The notes under the pieces were generated by a model. That model searched no databases. It was not told the origin of the DNA and worked only from the letters and a program-made list of their open reading frames with translations. Positions 41,367-50,952 of a DNA stretch of 64,000 nt are shown here, one piece after another; position 1 is the stretch's first letter; every line of letters begins with the position of its first letter. Both the position numbers and the translations under genes were made by a program. Source of the DNA: Pseudobdellovibrionaceae bacterium (lineage in GTDB: Bacteria > Bdellovibrionota > Bdellovibrionia > Bdellovibrionales > Bdellovibrionaceae); the NCBI GenBank assembly GCA_039810425.1, contig JBDHWW010000002.1, forward strand, positions 32,001 to 96,000, written 5' to 3'.

Positions 41367-41930
41367 TTAGGGTGCTGTCAATCTGGCAATGTGTTTCAAC
41401 TGCAAAGTCATTGTGGCTTCGGCCACGGATTTTTCTTTTTCGTCAAAGAAGTGCAAAGTCACTTCGGTCTCGGCTCTATGGTGAGCGCGAATTTGCGCAA
41501 ATACGGTTTCACGCTGAATCTCAGGCAGCTCCATGCGAACGCGCACATCGCCCGTGTATTCCTGCAAAACTTGAAACTGAGCGCGAGACATATGCACATG
41601 GAATTCACCAAGTGGGGCATGGCGGAGCCACAACAAGCGCGCCGCTTCGAGCGCGCCGGTCAACAACGCGCCTTCGTGAATCCGGCCTTCGTCATCCTGG
41701 TTGCGTTTACGAACCGGCACAACCAGCTCAACATGACGGTCCGACAGGCGTGTGATGCGAAAACCCATCCCGGCAGAGAATGGACGCAAGAAATCCAGAG
41801 CATAGCTCAAAGCCGTCCGCGTAGATTTCGGCGCAACACCTTCAACAAAAGCTGCCAAATCCGTTGGCCGTAAACTAAGCCCCCGGTCTTTGAGATTTTT
41901 CTCGAGATTTTTACGGAGTGTTGAAAGCAT
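41367..41930 (-). CDS. Hotdog-fold thioesterase-like protein (DUF4442/PaaI-like)
   Basis: PF..GMG.RI, RNQDDEGRIHEGAL hotdog motif. Confidence 0.7.
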   Translation of the reverse strand: MLSTLRKNLEKNLKDRGLSLRPTDLAAFVEGVAPKSTRTALSYALDFLRPFSAGMGFRITRLSDRHVELVVPVRKRNQDDEGRIHEGALLTGALEAARLLWLRHAPLGEFHVHMSRAQFQVLQEYTGDVRVRMELPEIQRETVFAQIRAHHRAETEVTLHFFDEKEKSVAEATMTLQLKHIARLTAP

Positions 41931-42016
41931 GGGCTCCCCCTTTCACACGCTATCCTGTTGAAAAATACGGGATATCATGCTCCTATGTGGTTGTCTAAGA
42001 GAGGAACTGGGGATCT

Positions 42017-42484
42017 ATGAAAAAAATTGTGAGTTTGGTTATTTTCACGGCCGCGTTGTTTTGGACTTGGAACGTTATTCATAGCTCAGCCGCAATTGGC
42101 TTCGAGACGCACTCCGGCATTCAAGAGAAATTAGCTATTTTGATCAAGCAAACAGTGATGACTAAAAAGCCAACGGCGAAAAATTTTAAAATCATCCGCC
42201 TCTGGACAGAGCCTATGAGCGAAAACAAAGTTCGTGCGGTGTTTGCTTATTCTTTCAGCGACGCAATGGAAGCTGATAGTACGGAACAGACCGTTGAAGG
42301 CGAGGCGGTTCTTTTCCGGGAGCCTGAAGACGAATCTGGTCAAGACAAATGGACGCTGCAAAGCGTTCGCACAACCAATGACATCGTGACGTTCAGCGAA
42401 GGGTTGACGGTCACTCCTAACTCGGGCCCAGAACCTTCTGACGCGGCACCAACTCCTCCTCCAGCCGCAGAACCTGCACACTAA
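42017..42484 (+). CDS. Membrane-anchored/secreted hypothetical protein
   Basis: N-terminal hydrophobic segment, Pro-rich C-tail. Confidence 0.6.
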   Translation: MKKIVSLVIFTAALFWTWNVIHSSAAIGFETHSGIQEKLAILIKQTVMTKKPTAKNFKIIRLWTEPMSENKVRAVFAYSFSDAMEADSTEQTVEGEAVLFREPEDESGQDKWTLQSVRTTNDIVTFSEGLTVTPNSGPEPSDAAPTPPPAAEPAH

Positions 42485-42489
42485 TCCGT

Positions 42490-43545
42490 ATGTCAGAAAT
42501 TGCCGAGCTTCCCCATCGTTTCATTCAAATCGATGAAGAGGGCTATATCCTCTTAGGGGAACTCCGTACTCAAGACCCTGAAGTCGGCGGCGAAGTCTTG
42601 CTGGAAATGGCTTTTGCGGACAACGGAGCGTTCATCAGCCGCTGCGGCGGCGTTCCGGTGACCGTTGAAGCCTTTGACGAGCCCTATGTGGTTGCGCAAG
42701 TTTCTTATGAAGGAAGCAAATGGGTTCTGTTGCTTCCGTATCATGTCGATTTTGAATTCAAACTGGAATCTCTCAGCCTCGATGAATGGGATCGTTTCCA
42801 CGGCAAAGCCAGCAATGGCATTCCATTTGTGATGTCTCGCAAAGCTCAAGCAACATTCTTTGGATTGCTTGAGGATTACGATGATAACACCATTACTTTT
42901 GACGGCGAAACCTATAACATCCCTTCGTACTTTCCCTCTGACAAAGACGTGAACAAGGCGGATTATTGGACGAATATTTACCACGAAGAGAAAAATCCCG
43001 GCTGGAATTTGGGAGAGCCTGCTGAAGCCCTCAAAGACATGTTGCCACGATTAAAGCTGCCAAAATCCCGCGTTTTGGTTTTGGGCTGTGGCGAAGGGCA
43101 TGATGCTGCCTTATTTGCGCAAGCAGGCCATGTTGTCACGGGAGTGGATTTCTCGGGGGAAGCTGTGGCCCGCGCGCGGAAAAACTACGGTGATATTCCT
43201 GGTTTGAAATTTGTCCAAGCGGACGCTTTCAAACTCGATCCGAGCTTTCAGAAGTCTTTTGATATCGTCTTCGAACACACTTGCTACTGCGCGATAGATC
43301 CGAGCCGTCGCCAAGAACTCGTGAAGGTGTGGAAAAACGTGCTTCATGACCAAGGCCAGCTCATGGGTGTCTTCTTCACAATGTATAAAAAGCAAGGTCC
43401 ACCTTATGGTGGTTCCGAATGGGAACTGCGCCAACGTCTGAAAGATTCTTTCCAGTTTGTTTTCTGGGGACGCTGGCAGAAGTCGCTGCCGAGAAGACAA
43501 GGTAAAGAGCTCTTTGTCTATGCTCAAAAAAAGTCGCTGAAATAA
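42490..43545 (+). CDS. SAM-dependent methyltransferase (TPMT/thiol-halide MT type) with extra N-terminal domain
   Basis: YW..IY.....GWNLG, VLVLGCGEGHDA, DAF, FEHTCYCAIDP.RR, GPPYG. Confidence 0.85.
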   Translation: MSEIAELPHRFIQIDEEGYILLGELRTQDPEVGGEVLLEMAFADNGAFISRCGGVPVTVEAFDEPYVVAQVSYEGSKWVLLLPYHVDFEFKLESLSLDEWDRFHGKASNGIPFVMSRKAQATFFGLLEDYDDNTITFDGETYNIPSYFPSDKDVNKADYWTNIYHEEKNPGWNLGEPAEALKDMLPRLKLPKSRVLVLGCGEGHDAALFAQAGHVVTGVDFSGEAVARARKNYGDIPGLKFVQADAFKLDPSFQKSFDIVFEHTCYCAIDPSRRQELVKVWKNVLHDQGQLMGVFFTMYKKQGPPYGGSEWELRQRLKDSFQFVFWGRWQKSLPRRQGKELFVYAQKKSLK

Positions 43546-43635
43546 TATTATGCGACATGTGTATAATACTATTATTCATATGTATTTTAAATTCTCTATC
43601 AACTCCTTTATGTTGAATACATGAGGAGAACTCAT

Positions 43636-44160
43636 ATGAAATCACTAATCTCAGTTGTCGTATTTGTTTCAACAGTTCTTGGCGGAAATGTTTACGCTGA
43701 TGCCAAGGGCCCCGACGCCGATGCGTTCTACACATTGATCGAAACATACCGCCAAGCTTGTGCTCACGGCTGCACCGACCCGTTCAAAAATGAAGACGCT
43801 TTCAACTCAGAAGCGCCGGGACAATCCCGCCTTGCAAGCGATGTCGAGACAACATTGAAATACGTTGCAACTTCCCAAGCGCAAGTTTGGGCCGATACAA
43901 TTCTTGAAGGCGACTACTATGCCGCAGGCAACACCCGTTTAGACAGCGTCGTTGCTATCTACAAAAACAATGAGTTTATCGGTTACAAAATCACTTACTC
44001 CGAGCGCGCCTGGTTCACAGGTGACTGTGACTTCAACGGTATTGATGAGGCCACATTGACAAATTGCCAAGAAGGCCGCATTCACGAATCCACTTTTGTT
44101 TCACCTGATTTCAAAACATTCTTCCGCGATGAGGATGCACTTGCGGACTTCTCAGGCTAG
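43636..44160 (+). CDS. Secreted hypothetical protein
   Basis: GAGGAG RBS before ATG 43636, signal peptide, four Cys, WADTILEGDY. Confidence 0.65.
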   Translation: MKSLISVVVFVSTVLGGNVYADAKGPDADAFYTLIETYRQACAHGCTDPFKNEDAFNSEAPGQSRLASDVETTLKYVATSQAQVWADTILEGDYYAAGNTRLDSVVAIYKNNEFIGYKITYSERAWFTGDCDFNGIDEATLTNCQEGRIHESTFVSPDFKTFFRDEDALADFSG

Positions 44161-44191
44161 TTAAAAAAGTCTTTAATAATATGTAAATTCT

Positions 44192-44230
44192 GCAAAGGGC
44201 TCGTATTTTTTAGCGGGCCCTTTGTTTTTT
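44192..44230 (+). terminator. Intrinsic terminator
   Basis: CAAAGGGCTCG...CGGGCCCTTTG followed by TTTTTT. Confidence 0.75.
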
Positions 44231-44281
44231 CCCCAAGTCTGGGGCATTTTCCTGCTGTTTTTAACCTAAGGAGAATTTTCT

Positions 44282-45511
44282 ATGACTAAAATGCTTTCCT
44301 CCGTCGTTCTCGGTGCGCTCCTTTTCGGCGCGACGCTTTCTCACGCAGCCGTATGGCAAGAAACCCAAACTTGGACTCCAGAATGGGAACAAAAATACTC
44401 TCAATGGGTTCAAAACGAGTTCAATGAAGATATCTACATGACCGGCAACTACAAAGGCATCCCAACAGATTGTTCTGATGCTGTTTACTTGGGCCGTATC
44501 ATCTTTTCTTACGAAAACAAACTTCCATTCGTTATCAAGGACTCTACGGGTGGTTCTAGCCGTCTTTCAAACCAGATGTCCCGCTTCGACAGCACTGGTG
44601 ATTCTCTTCAACGCGTTCGCAAGTTCATGAACTTTGTTGCCGACGTGACGAGCACAAAGACTATGCCAGACGATACTTACCCTGTCGCGATCAACCGCAC
44701 TTACATCCGCCCAGGCACCGTATGGAGCCGCCCTCGCATCACGAAGGACAACATCTGGCGCAAAATCATCGGCGGCAGCGTGAAAGAGGATCCAGGACAC
44801 GCGGAAGTTGTCAAAGAAGTCACTGAGACTGGCGTCGTGAACTTGATCGGCTCCACCGTTCCTAAAGACCTCCGTATGCTCAACACGACTTCAAGCCTTG
44901 TGTTCATGCCCATCGAGACAAGCACTGGTTTCCGCAACTGGAAACAACCTTCTTTCTACTCTCAAGCGGTAGAAAGCCTTCCGGGCTATTCTTTGGAACA
45001 GTTCAATACTCTCGGTAAACGCGATGATGGACGCCGCAACCTAAAAGACTGGACTTCAGACGTTCAAGATCATTTGGCTTTGCGTGAAGAATCTAAAGAT
45101 GAAGAGGTGATCCGCCAAGTTGCTAACGTATGCAGCCTCGTGAATGCACGTGTGGACATCATCAAGAAGTCTGAAGCTCGCCGGGCAGCTCTCGGCGGCC
45201 AGTGCATGAACGCTGGTGACTATGATTCTTACTCTACACCGTCCCGAGATAAGCGCATTAAGACGACTTTGAAACAGATCATCGACACTGCCGGTGGCTA
45301 CGGCCTGACTTCTGCACAACGCGCGAAGAAGTTGAAGCCCGCTTTAGATAGCTGCCCAGATATCGAAATCACTCCGGGCCAAAAGATCGCTTTATACGAC
45401 TTCTCTATCGCCATGTTGAAGAACGACGTCTCTTCAAATCCAAACGACAGTTTTGCAGCTCGCTGGGGTTTAGAAACTCCTCCTGCAAACAAATGTCCAA
45501 AATATGAGTAA
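44282..45511 (+). CDS. Secreted protein with possible NlpC/P60-like Cys-His dyad
   Basis: Signal peptide (SHA); TDCSD (C64), IRPGTV, PGHAEVV (H173). Confidence 0.55.
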   Translation: MTKMLSSVVLGALLFGATLSHAAVWQETQTWTPEWEQKYSQWVQNEFNEDIYMTGNYKGIPTDCSDAVYLGRIIFSYENKLPFVIKDSTGGSSRLSNQMSRFDSTGDSLQRVRKFMNFVADVTSTKTMPDDTYPVAINRTYIRPGTVWSRPRITKDNIWRKIIGGSVKEDPGHAEVVKEVTETGVVNLIGSTVPKDLRMLNTTSSLVFMPIETSTGFRNWKQPSFYSQAVESLPGYSLEQFNTLGKRDDGRRNLKDWTSDVQDHLALREESKDEEVIRQVANVCSLVNARVDIIKKSEARRAALGGQCMNAGDYDSYSTPSRDKRIKTTLKQIIDTAGGYGLTSAQRAKKLKPALDSCPDIEITPGQKIALYDFSIAMLKNDVSSNPNDSFAARWGLETPPANKCPKYE

Positions 45512-46232
45512 CAAACGAAATCTTTTCGCTATTGTTTTTGGGGGAGCTGCCTTGATAGGGGTGGCTCTTCACTTTTTTGGGGCCCCAAAACAAGCTTCAG
45601 AACCTAAAATCCCGACGGCGGCGGAGGCTGTCCCTGCTGTGGATGTTTCGCCGACTCCGGCCTTTAATGTGGCGGCACCAACTCCGCAACCAACCCCAAG
45701 TCCGGAGGGGCCCATTCCGCTTTTGGGTCCGCAATTACGTAAAATCGGCGACTGCCTGCAAATCCATAATAGTCTAGATGATAAGGCTGATTTGAATTTC
45801 CACTCTCTGCAGGATTCCCTGCGTGGCGAACTCGGCGATCTCTTGGCTACCGATATTGACTGGCAGAATGTGCACTTCACGTTGCCTAATGGTGAAAAGC
45901 GCCGCTTACGTATCGAAATCGAAGGCACCGGCGAAGAAGGCTCTGCTCGCGTGCTAAAGCTCTACGGCGTTGATAAAGAAGATTTGCCAATCCCTATTCC
46001 ACTGACCGAAGCACAGAGCAAAAATCCATCGACTGAATACATTGCGAGTATTGAAAACCAAGGCCAAGTGACTCTGCGCGAAGCCGCTAGCCACGGTGTT
46101 TTTAGCAAAGGCGCTGATTTGTTTTATACCGAACGCAACGGTTTTCTTTCCGATTTAGAAATTTCTTACGAAGGCAAGGGTGTGAAGTGCCAGGATCTTC
46201 AAAGCAGTCACGGAAACTGCAACTGTTTTTGA
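45504..46232 (+). CDS. Membrane-anchored hypothetical protein with Pro-rich linker
   Basis: N-terminal TM, PTPQPTPSP linker, C-terminal Cys cluster; 8-bp overlap with upstream gene. Confidence 0.6.
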   Translation: MSNKRNLFAIVFGGAALIGVALHFFGAPKQASEPKIPTAAEAVPAVDVSPTPAFNVAAPTPQPTPSPEGPIPLLGPQLRKIGDCLQIHNSLDDKADLNFHSLQDSLRGELGDLLATDIDWQNVHFTLPNGEKRRLRIEIEGTGEEGSARVLKLYGVDKEDLPIPIPLTEAQSKNPSTEYIASIENQGQVTLREAASHGVFSKGADLFYTERNGFLSDLEISYEGKGVKCQDLQSSHGNCNCF

Positions 46233-46314
46233 AATTTCAGTCATTTGTTCTCTTACATAAAAACCGCTAGAACCCTTGATATATGATAGTCCTAATATTT
46301 AAGGAGGGTTCTAT

Positions 46315-46488
46315 ATGTTACGCGCAGCTATTGCATTTTTCATCTTGGCGATTGTCGCATTCATCCTAGGAGCCGCAGGTATTGCCGGCGTTTCTATGGA
46401 GATTGGTAAGCTTCTTCTGACCGTCTTCCTCGTTCTCGCCGTCATTAGCTTTATCATCGACCTTGTCAGCCGCCGCGGCAGTCGTTGA
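46315..46488 (+). CDS. Small membrane protein, DUF1328/UPF0391 (YtjA-like), 57 aa; missed by the ORF track
   Basis: MLRAAIAFFILAIVAFILGAAGIAGVSMEIGKLLLTVFLVLAVISFIIDLVSRRGSR with AAGGAGG RBS. Confidence 0.9.
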   Translation: MLRAAIAFFILAIVAFILGAAGIAGVSMEIGKLLLTVFLVLAVISFIIDLVSRRGSR

Positions 46489-46585
46489 CGTCTTCAGACT
46501 TTGACAAAGTAAAGTCTAGATCCATAAATGAATTTACATATTCGCGCCCCCTCTTGTACCTTAACAAAGTAACAAGAGGGGAAAA

Positions 46586-47386
46586 ATGCGTTTATTCATA
46601 TCTTTGTTCATTCTATTGCTGACGGTCGCTGCCCAGGCTCAGACTGTTGAAAAAGTAAGTGGTGATCAAGTCACTGTAACTCTGCAAGGTTCTGAAACCT
46701 TGACCCCTGGTGACAAGGTTTCATTCCTCAATGCCTTACTAAACACCTTCGGCCAAGGTGAGGTGACAGGTGTTTCTGAAGGCGGCCGCAGGGCGACGAT
46801 CAAAATTACCTCGGGTGATGCAAGGCCCGGCATGACTCTGGAAAAAGCGACTCACGCTGCGGCTCCTGAGAAAAAAATAATGGACCACGATGAACAGGTC
46901 GAAATTGTTCCGCGCAATCAACCAAATCCTCCGAACTCCCGTTACCTTACCGACGAGGACCGCCGCATTCTAAGTGTCGGTGAAATTAGCAGCACGGCTT
47001 ATATCGTCGGTGGTTTACTGAGTATTTATCCCGGCTTTGGCATCGGTCATGCGGCTCAGGGCCGTTTCTCTGATAAAGGCTGGATCTTTACCGCCGGCGA
47101 ACTCGGCTCTCTTGCCCTGGTCGTCGCGGGCGCCAGTGATTGCTGGAGTGATACGTCGTCGTCTGCACACTCAGACCATACTTGTAACGGCGGTGACGCT
47201 ATTGTCCTGGGCCTCGTGGGTTACATCGGATTTCACATATGGGAAATCGTCGATGCCTGGGTTGCACCTTCGCAAATTAACAATCACTACCGCAGCCTGC
47301 GTGGCCAGACGAACCAGAGTTCCCTGCAACCGATCTTTGCACCCACCAAAGATGGTGCTGTGGCGGGCTTCCGGGTGACATTTTAA
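46586..47386 (+). CDS. Secreted/outer-membrane protein with P13-like hydrophobic C-terminal domain
   Basis: Signal peptide (AQA); PGFGIGHAAQG motif; terminal Phe. Confidence 0.55.
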   Translation: MRLFISLFILLLTVAAQAQTVEKVSGDQVTVTLQGSETLTPGDKVSFLNALLNTFGQGEVTGVSEGGRRATIKITSGDARPGMTLEKATHAAAPEKKIMDHDEQVEIVPRNQPNPPNSRYLTDEDRRILSVGEISSTAYIVGGLLSIYPGFGIGHAAQGRFSDKGWIFTAGELGSLALVVAGASDCWSDTSSSAHSDHTCNGGDAIVLGLVGYIGFHIWEIVDAWVAPSQINNHYRSLRGQTNQSSLQPIFAPTKDGAVAGFRVTF

Positions 47387-47557
47387 AACGCGTCCCTTAA
47401 TAGTCCTGAAAGCGCCTCGATCGCGCCACGCCAAGTGCCAAGGCAGTTCTTAAATTCTTAAAATGAGACTTTCTTAGAAATTGCAAATCTCTTCCTCACT
47501 TGATTCTCAGAGCGAGAACCTCTCGGGGAAGACTGGAAATGCCCCTATACTAAGTGA

Positions 47558-48079
47558 ATGAAGACGTTTGTTGTGCTGGCGATAGTTTGGTTTTTGTATT
47601 CTTTGACTGCCTGTTCTAGTGGTGACGCCGGCTTAACAAATGGTGAGCTGCAAATGGGCTCGTCAGCCACCTATGAGCTGACGCCTGATTGCCTTGACTA
47701 CGACATGGATGGCCCTTCTTGTGCCGCTTTTAAGGCAACGAACGCCCAACGTATCGTGAATGGCTTGCCTGCTTTTTCTTACTGCAAAACTTGCACAGCT
47801 ATGGCCGAAGAACAGAGCAAGGATATGAATGACCGTGGTTACTTTGACCATACTCGTCCTGATGGCGAAACCTTCGCCCAGCGCGCCGCCCGCTTTGGTA
47901 TCAGCAAAGGTGCTGGCGAAAACATCGCTTGGGGGAAACTCGGTAATGATGTAGTTGTTCTGTGGATGAATAGCCCTGGTCACCGCGCCAATATCCTCAA
48001 CCCTAACTTCAAATCCATGGGTATCGGAACTTATAACCTCTACACCTCTCAAGTGTTCTACATCGGAACTGACAAATAG
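47558..48079 (+). CDS. CAP/SCP-domain lipoprotein
   Basis: LTAC lipobox; YFDH..PDG, GENIA, WMNSPGHRANIL. Confidence 0.92.
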   Translation: MKTFVVLAIVWFLYSLTACSSGDAGLTNGELQMGSSATYELTPDCLDYDMDGPSCAAFKATNAQRIVNGLPAFSYCKTCTAMAEEQSKDMNDRGYFDHTRPDGETFAQRAARFGISKGAGENIAWGKLGNDVVVLWMNSPGHRANILNPNFKSMGIGTYNLYTSQVFYIGTDK

Positions 48080-49036
48080 TTAGAAAATATTGAGCGTTGT
48101 ATTAAGCCCCGCATTCGTGCGCCCAAGGCTTAAATGCTCCGGGGCAAATTGAATATTCGGATACAGATACACGTCTCTGGTGACTGCAATGCCAAACCCC
48201 ACCGACTGTGTGTAAAGCGCGCGGTTATAGGTTCTTGAGTTGTCGTAGCGGTAATGGTCAAAGGTGAGGAAGCGAAAGACCGTTCGGAACGAATAGCGTT
48301 CATTAAACGCATACTCCGCAAAAGGATAAAGACCAATCGTATAATCCGAGCGTCCCGATTCGGGATTTGTCAGTGCATCCGCCGGCTGTTTCTCATCGTT
48401 AAAGAATGTGTAGTTGAAATCAATATTGCCGCCGACTTCCCATTCTGTATCCGTGATTTTGTACAAAGCCGTGTGGTTTAGGTCGAAAGTTCCAACGTAG
48501 TGGGCCTGGGTATAAGCTGACTGCGTGATCTGTGTGTAAGACGTATCGAAAATATTCTGCCAGCGCCCAAGTTTCATCGAGCGGGAATATTCTAAGTAGG
48601 GATTCGAGATATCGGCCTTGCGATTGCCGTTAGAGTTGGTGACTTCTTCCCACGAGTTGTGAAAGGGCGTTAGAACTAAAACCCCCGTTCCTGCCCGTAC
48701 GCTATCATGCGCGGTTAGACGATAGGCCACCGCAATGGTTCCGGCAATGGACGTGCTATTATCTTGCGAAGAAATGCCGGCGTAGTTCGGGCGAATCGGG
48801 CCAAAAGGAGTTTCTAAATTCCCGCCGTTATAGCTTATGTCGGCCTTGATCGACCACTCTGATTTTGATCCGGACTCCGCCCGCAATTTGGCGTTAGTGA
48901 TCTCGGCATCAAGGTCCGGAATGTCCGTGGCCTGAGCCACCGTTGTGGGCTTTGGCTTATTCTCCGGTACGCTGGCATCTTGAGCTCGGGCACTCATGAC
49001 TGAAAATGCCATGAGAGCAACTATGTAAAGTCTCAT
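48080..49036 (-). CDS. Putative outer-membrane beta-barrel protein
   Basis: Signal peptide, aromatic-rich alternating strands, terminal LNIF. Confidence 0.65.
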   Translation of the reverse strand: MRLYIVALMAFSVMSARAQDASVPENKPKPTTVAQATDIPDLDAEITNAKLRAESGSKSEWSIKADISYNGGNLETPFGPIRPNYAGISSQDNSTSIAGTIAVAYRLTAHDSVRAGTGVLVLTPFHNSWEEVTNSNGNRKADISNPYLEYSRSMKLGRWQNIFDTSYTQITQSAYTQAHYVGTFDLNHTALYKITDTEWEVGGNIDFNYTFFNDEKQPADALTNPESGRSDYTIGLYPFAEYAFNERYSFRTVFRFLTFDHYRYDNSRTYNRALYTQSVGFGIAVTRDVYLYPNIQFAPEHLSLGRTNAGLNTTLNIF

Positions 49037-49077
49037 AGAGCCTCATCATAGGACGTTCCACCGCAATGAATGTGAAG

Positions 49078-49899
49078 TTAAGGTCCGCATTTCGTAGCAA
49101 CTTTATGGCCTACAACAGTTTTGCGATGCCCTTGCGGCTCTCCCTTTTCAAAGAGCCACAATGTCCCCGGTTCAAAGGGAACCCAGGCTTCATTATCTGT
49201 CAACGGAGCTGTTGCAATGACCGCCACTTGATCGGTAGACGACGCCACAGAACTAAAGTCCACTTTGACGTCACGATCTTTAAGATGCGCCGTTGGGAAC
49301 GGCGCCTTGCGAATGATATAGGAAAGTTTATCGGCCATCGAGCAATGCGCAAAAAGCTGATCACCATTTGAAAACAAGAAGTTGAACTCACCGTGCTTGC
49401 CAATTTCTTTGGTAAGCGTTGCCAGAGTTTCAAAGAGCGCTTCCATGCCCGGCATTTGCAAACCATGGCGGTTACGGAATTCCTGCATGATCCAGCAAAA
49501 GGCGCGCTCACTGTCGGTACTTCCCACTGGCAAGAAAGAACCATCGAGTGTCGGTTTGAAATCCGGCACGTTTCCATTGTGTGCGAAAATCCAGTAGCGG
49601 CCCCAAAGTTCACGCATGAAGGGATGGGTGTTTTCTAAACTCGCCACCCCTTGCGTGGCTTTGCGAATGTGGGCAATGACACTCTTTGAATGAATCGGAT
49701 AGGCCTTTATGAACTCGGCCACCGGAGAATGAATCGATGCTTTGGAATCTAAAAATTGCCGAACGGCTTTGCCCTCGAAGAATGCAATCCCCCAACCATC
49801 TTTATGATCGCCAGTAAGACCGCCACGCGCTTGAAAACCGGTGAACGAAAAACAAATATCGGTGGGCACATTGCAATTCATTGCAAGAAGTTGGCACAT
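49078..49899 (-). CDS. yafJ: Class II glutamine amidotransferase, YafJ-like
   Basis: N-terminal MCQL nucleophile, DGWG, AHIRKAT, NTHPF, FAHNG, GSTDSE. Confidence 0.92.
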   Translation of the reverse strand: MCQLLAMNCNVPTDICFSFTGFQARGGLTGDHKDGWGIAFFEGKAVRQFLDSKASIHSPVAEFIKAYPIHSKSVIAHIRKATQGVASLENTHPFMRELWGRYWIFAHNGNVPDFKPTLDGSFLPVGSTDSERAFCWIMQEFRNRHGLQMPGMEALFETLATLTKEIGKHGEFNFLFSNGDQLFAHCSMADKLSYIIRKAPFPTAHLKDRDVKVDFSSVASSTDQVAVIATAPLTDNEAWVPFEPGTLWLFEKGEPQGHRKTVVGHKVATKCGP

Positions 49900-50011
49900 A
49901 TCCCTATTCTAGCAAGATTCGGACAAAATGAAAGGATGTCCTGGGCCTTCCACCCGTCATAAGTAGGACCTTGCGGAGGGAGGTCGCCTAGAGAAACAAC
50001 GAGGTGGGAAC

Positions 50012-50391
50012 GTGGTTTTGCTGTAAGCCGGATTCTGTCCCAGTCACCAGGTCCCATAAGTTTCCCGATAACCTTGGATGATCATTCCTCTAGGAGGGTC
50101 CTTACGGACCCCCTCAAGCGATCTTACCCGGAAGCTACCCACGGGTCGTGGTACTATTGCTTCCCTATTTGATCTTGCTCCGCGCAGAGTTTGGCTGTTT
50201 TCACTCCAGCGGCTCCCCCGGACCCTCCCGTTCCCGGAATCCGGCTCAATGCCCTGGACATTCTCTCTGTTCCACTGTTCCTTGCATTACTGCAGAGGGG
50301 CGTTACCCCTTGCGCTACCCTTTGGAGTCCGGACTTTCCTCCCCCCAAGAACCCCGAAAGGCCCTTTGGCGGCGATCATCCGCAAAACCGC
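50012..50391 (-). ncRNA. rnpB: RNase P RNA (type A)
   Basis: Minus strand carries GAGGAAAGUCCGGACUCC near the 5' end and ACAGAAUCCGGCUUA near the 3' end; P1 helix GGUUUUGC/GCAAAACC. Confidence 0.96.
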
Positions 50392-50505
50392 AGTTCTTCT
50401 AACACTCTAGGCCATAAACTGTAAACCCCCAAACGCTGTTTTGAGTTCACAGGGGGCGATTTTTCTATTAATTTGGGGTTCTTCAGCTAAATAAGGATGC
50501 TACAT

Positions 50506-50949
50506 ATGAAAATTTTAGTTTCAGTTCTCGTTTTCGTGACAGCTTTGACCCTTGGCGTGAGTGCCTTGGCCGAAATGAATAAAGAAGGCGCCATCGATAT
50601 GGACGGCCTTTTCCCACCTCCTAAAAATGATATGAGCCAAAGCGAGCGTCCTGAGAAGCCGGAATTGGTGGCTCCCGTGTTTTTCGCTAAAATCGGCGCC
50701 TCTTCGGTCAAGCTGGAATGGAAGGCGTCTCCTCACGCCGAGGCTTACCACGTGCAAGTAGCAACAGACTCAAGCTTCAAATGGTTGGTCAAAGAAGAGG
50801 AGATGTTCAAAGGCACTTCTTTGGAAGTCACTGGTCTTGAGGGTGGAAAGCACTATTTCTGGCGTGTTTCTGCGGAAAGGCCCAGCAATAAAGAAGGCCA
50901 CACACATGGCTCTTTCGTGTCGTCCATGTTTGCGACTTCCGCGAAGTAG
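50506..50949 (+). CDS. Secreted fibronectin type III domain protein
   Basis: Signal peptide; VKLEW, Y.VQVATD..F, VTGL....YFWRV. Confidence 0.8.
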   Translation: MKILVSVLVFVTALTLGVSALAEMNKEGAIDMDGLFPPPKNDMSQSERPEKPELVAPVFFAKIGASSVKLEWKASPHAEAYHVQVATDSSFKWLVKEEEMFKGTSLEVTGLEGGKHYFWRVSAERPSNKEGHTHGSFVSSMFATSAK

Positions 50950-50952
50950 TTT

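Noticed and set aside
40848..41873. 341-aa plus-strand ORF and the many other antisense ORFs in the track
   Set aside because: Shadow frames opposite well-supported genes (e.g. liuB), with no motifs or RBS.
49078..49899. YafJ as the missing glutaminase for B/B'
   Set aside because: It lies 7 kb away, separated by rnpB and tfoX, is widespread as a stand-alone gene, and nothing in the sequence links it.
50078..50424. Short ORFs at 50078-50424
   Set aside because: They overlap the RNase P RNA gene; spurious.
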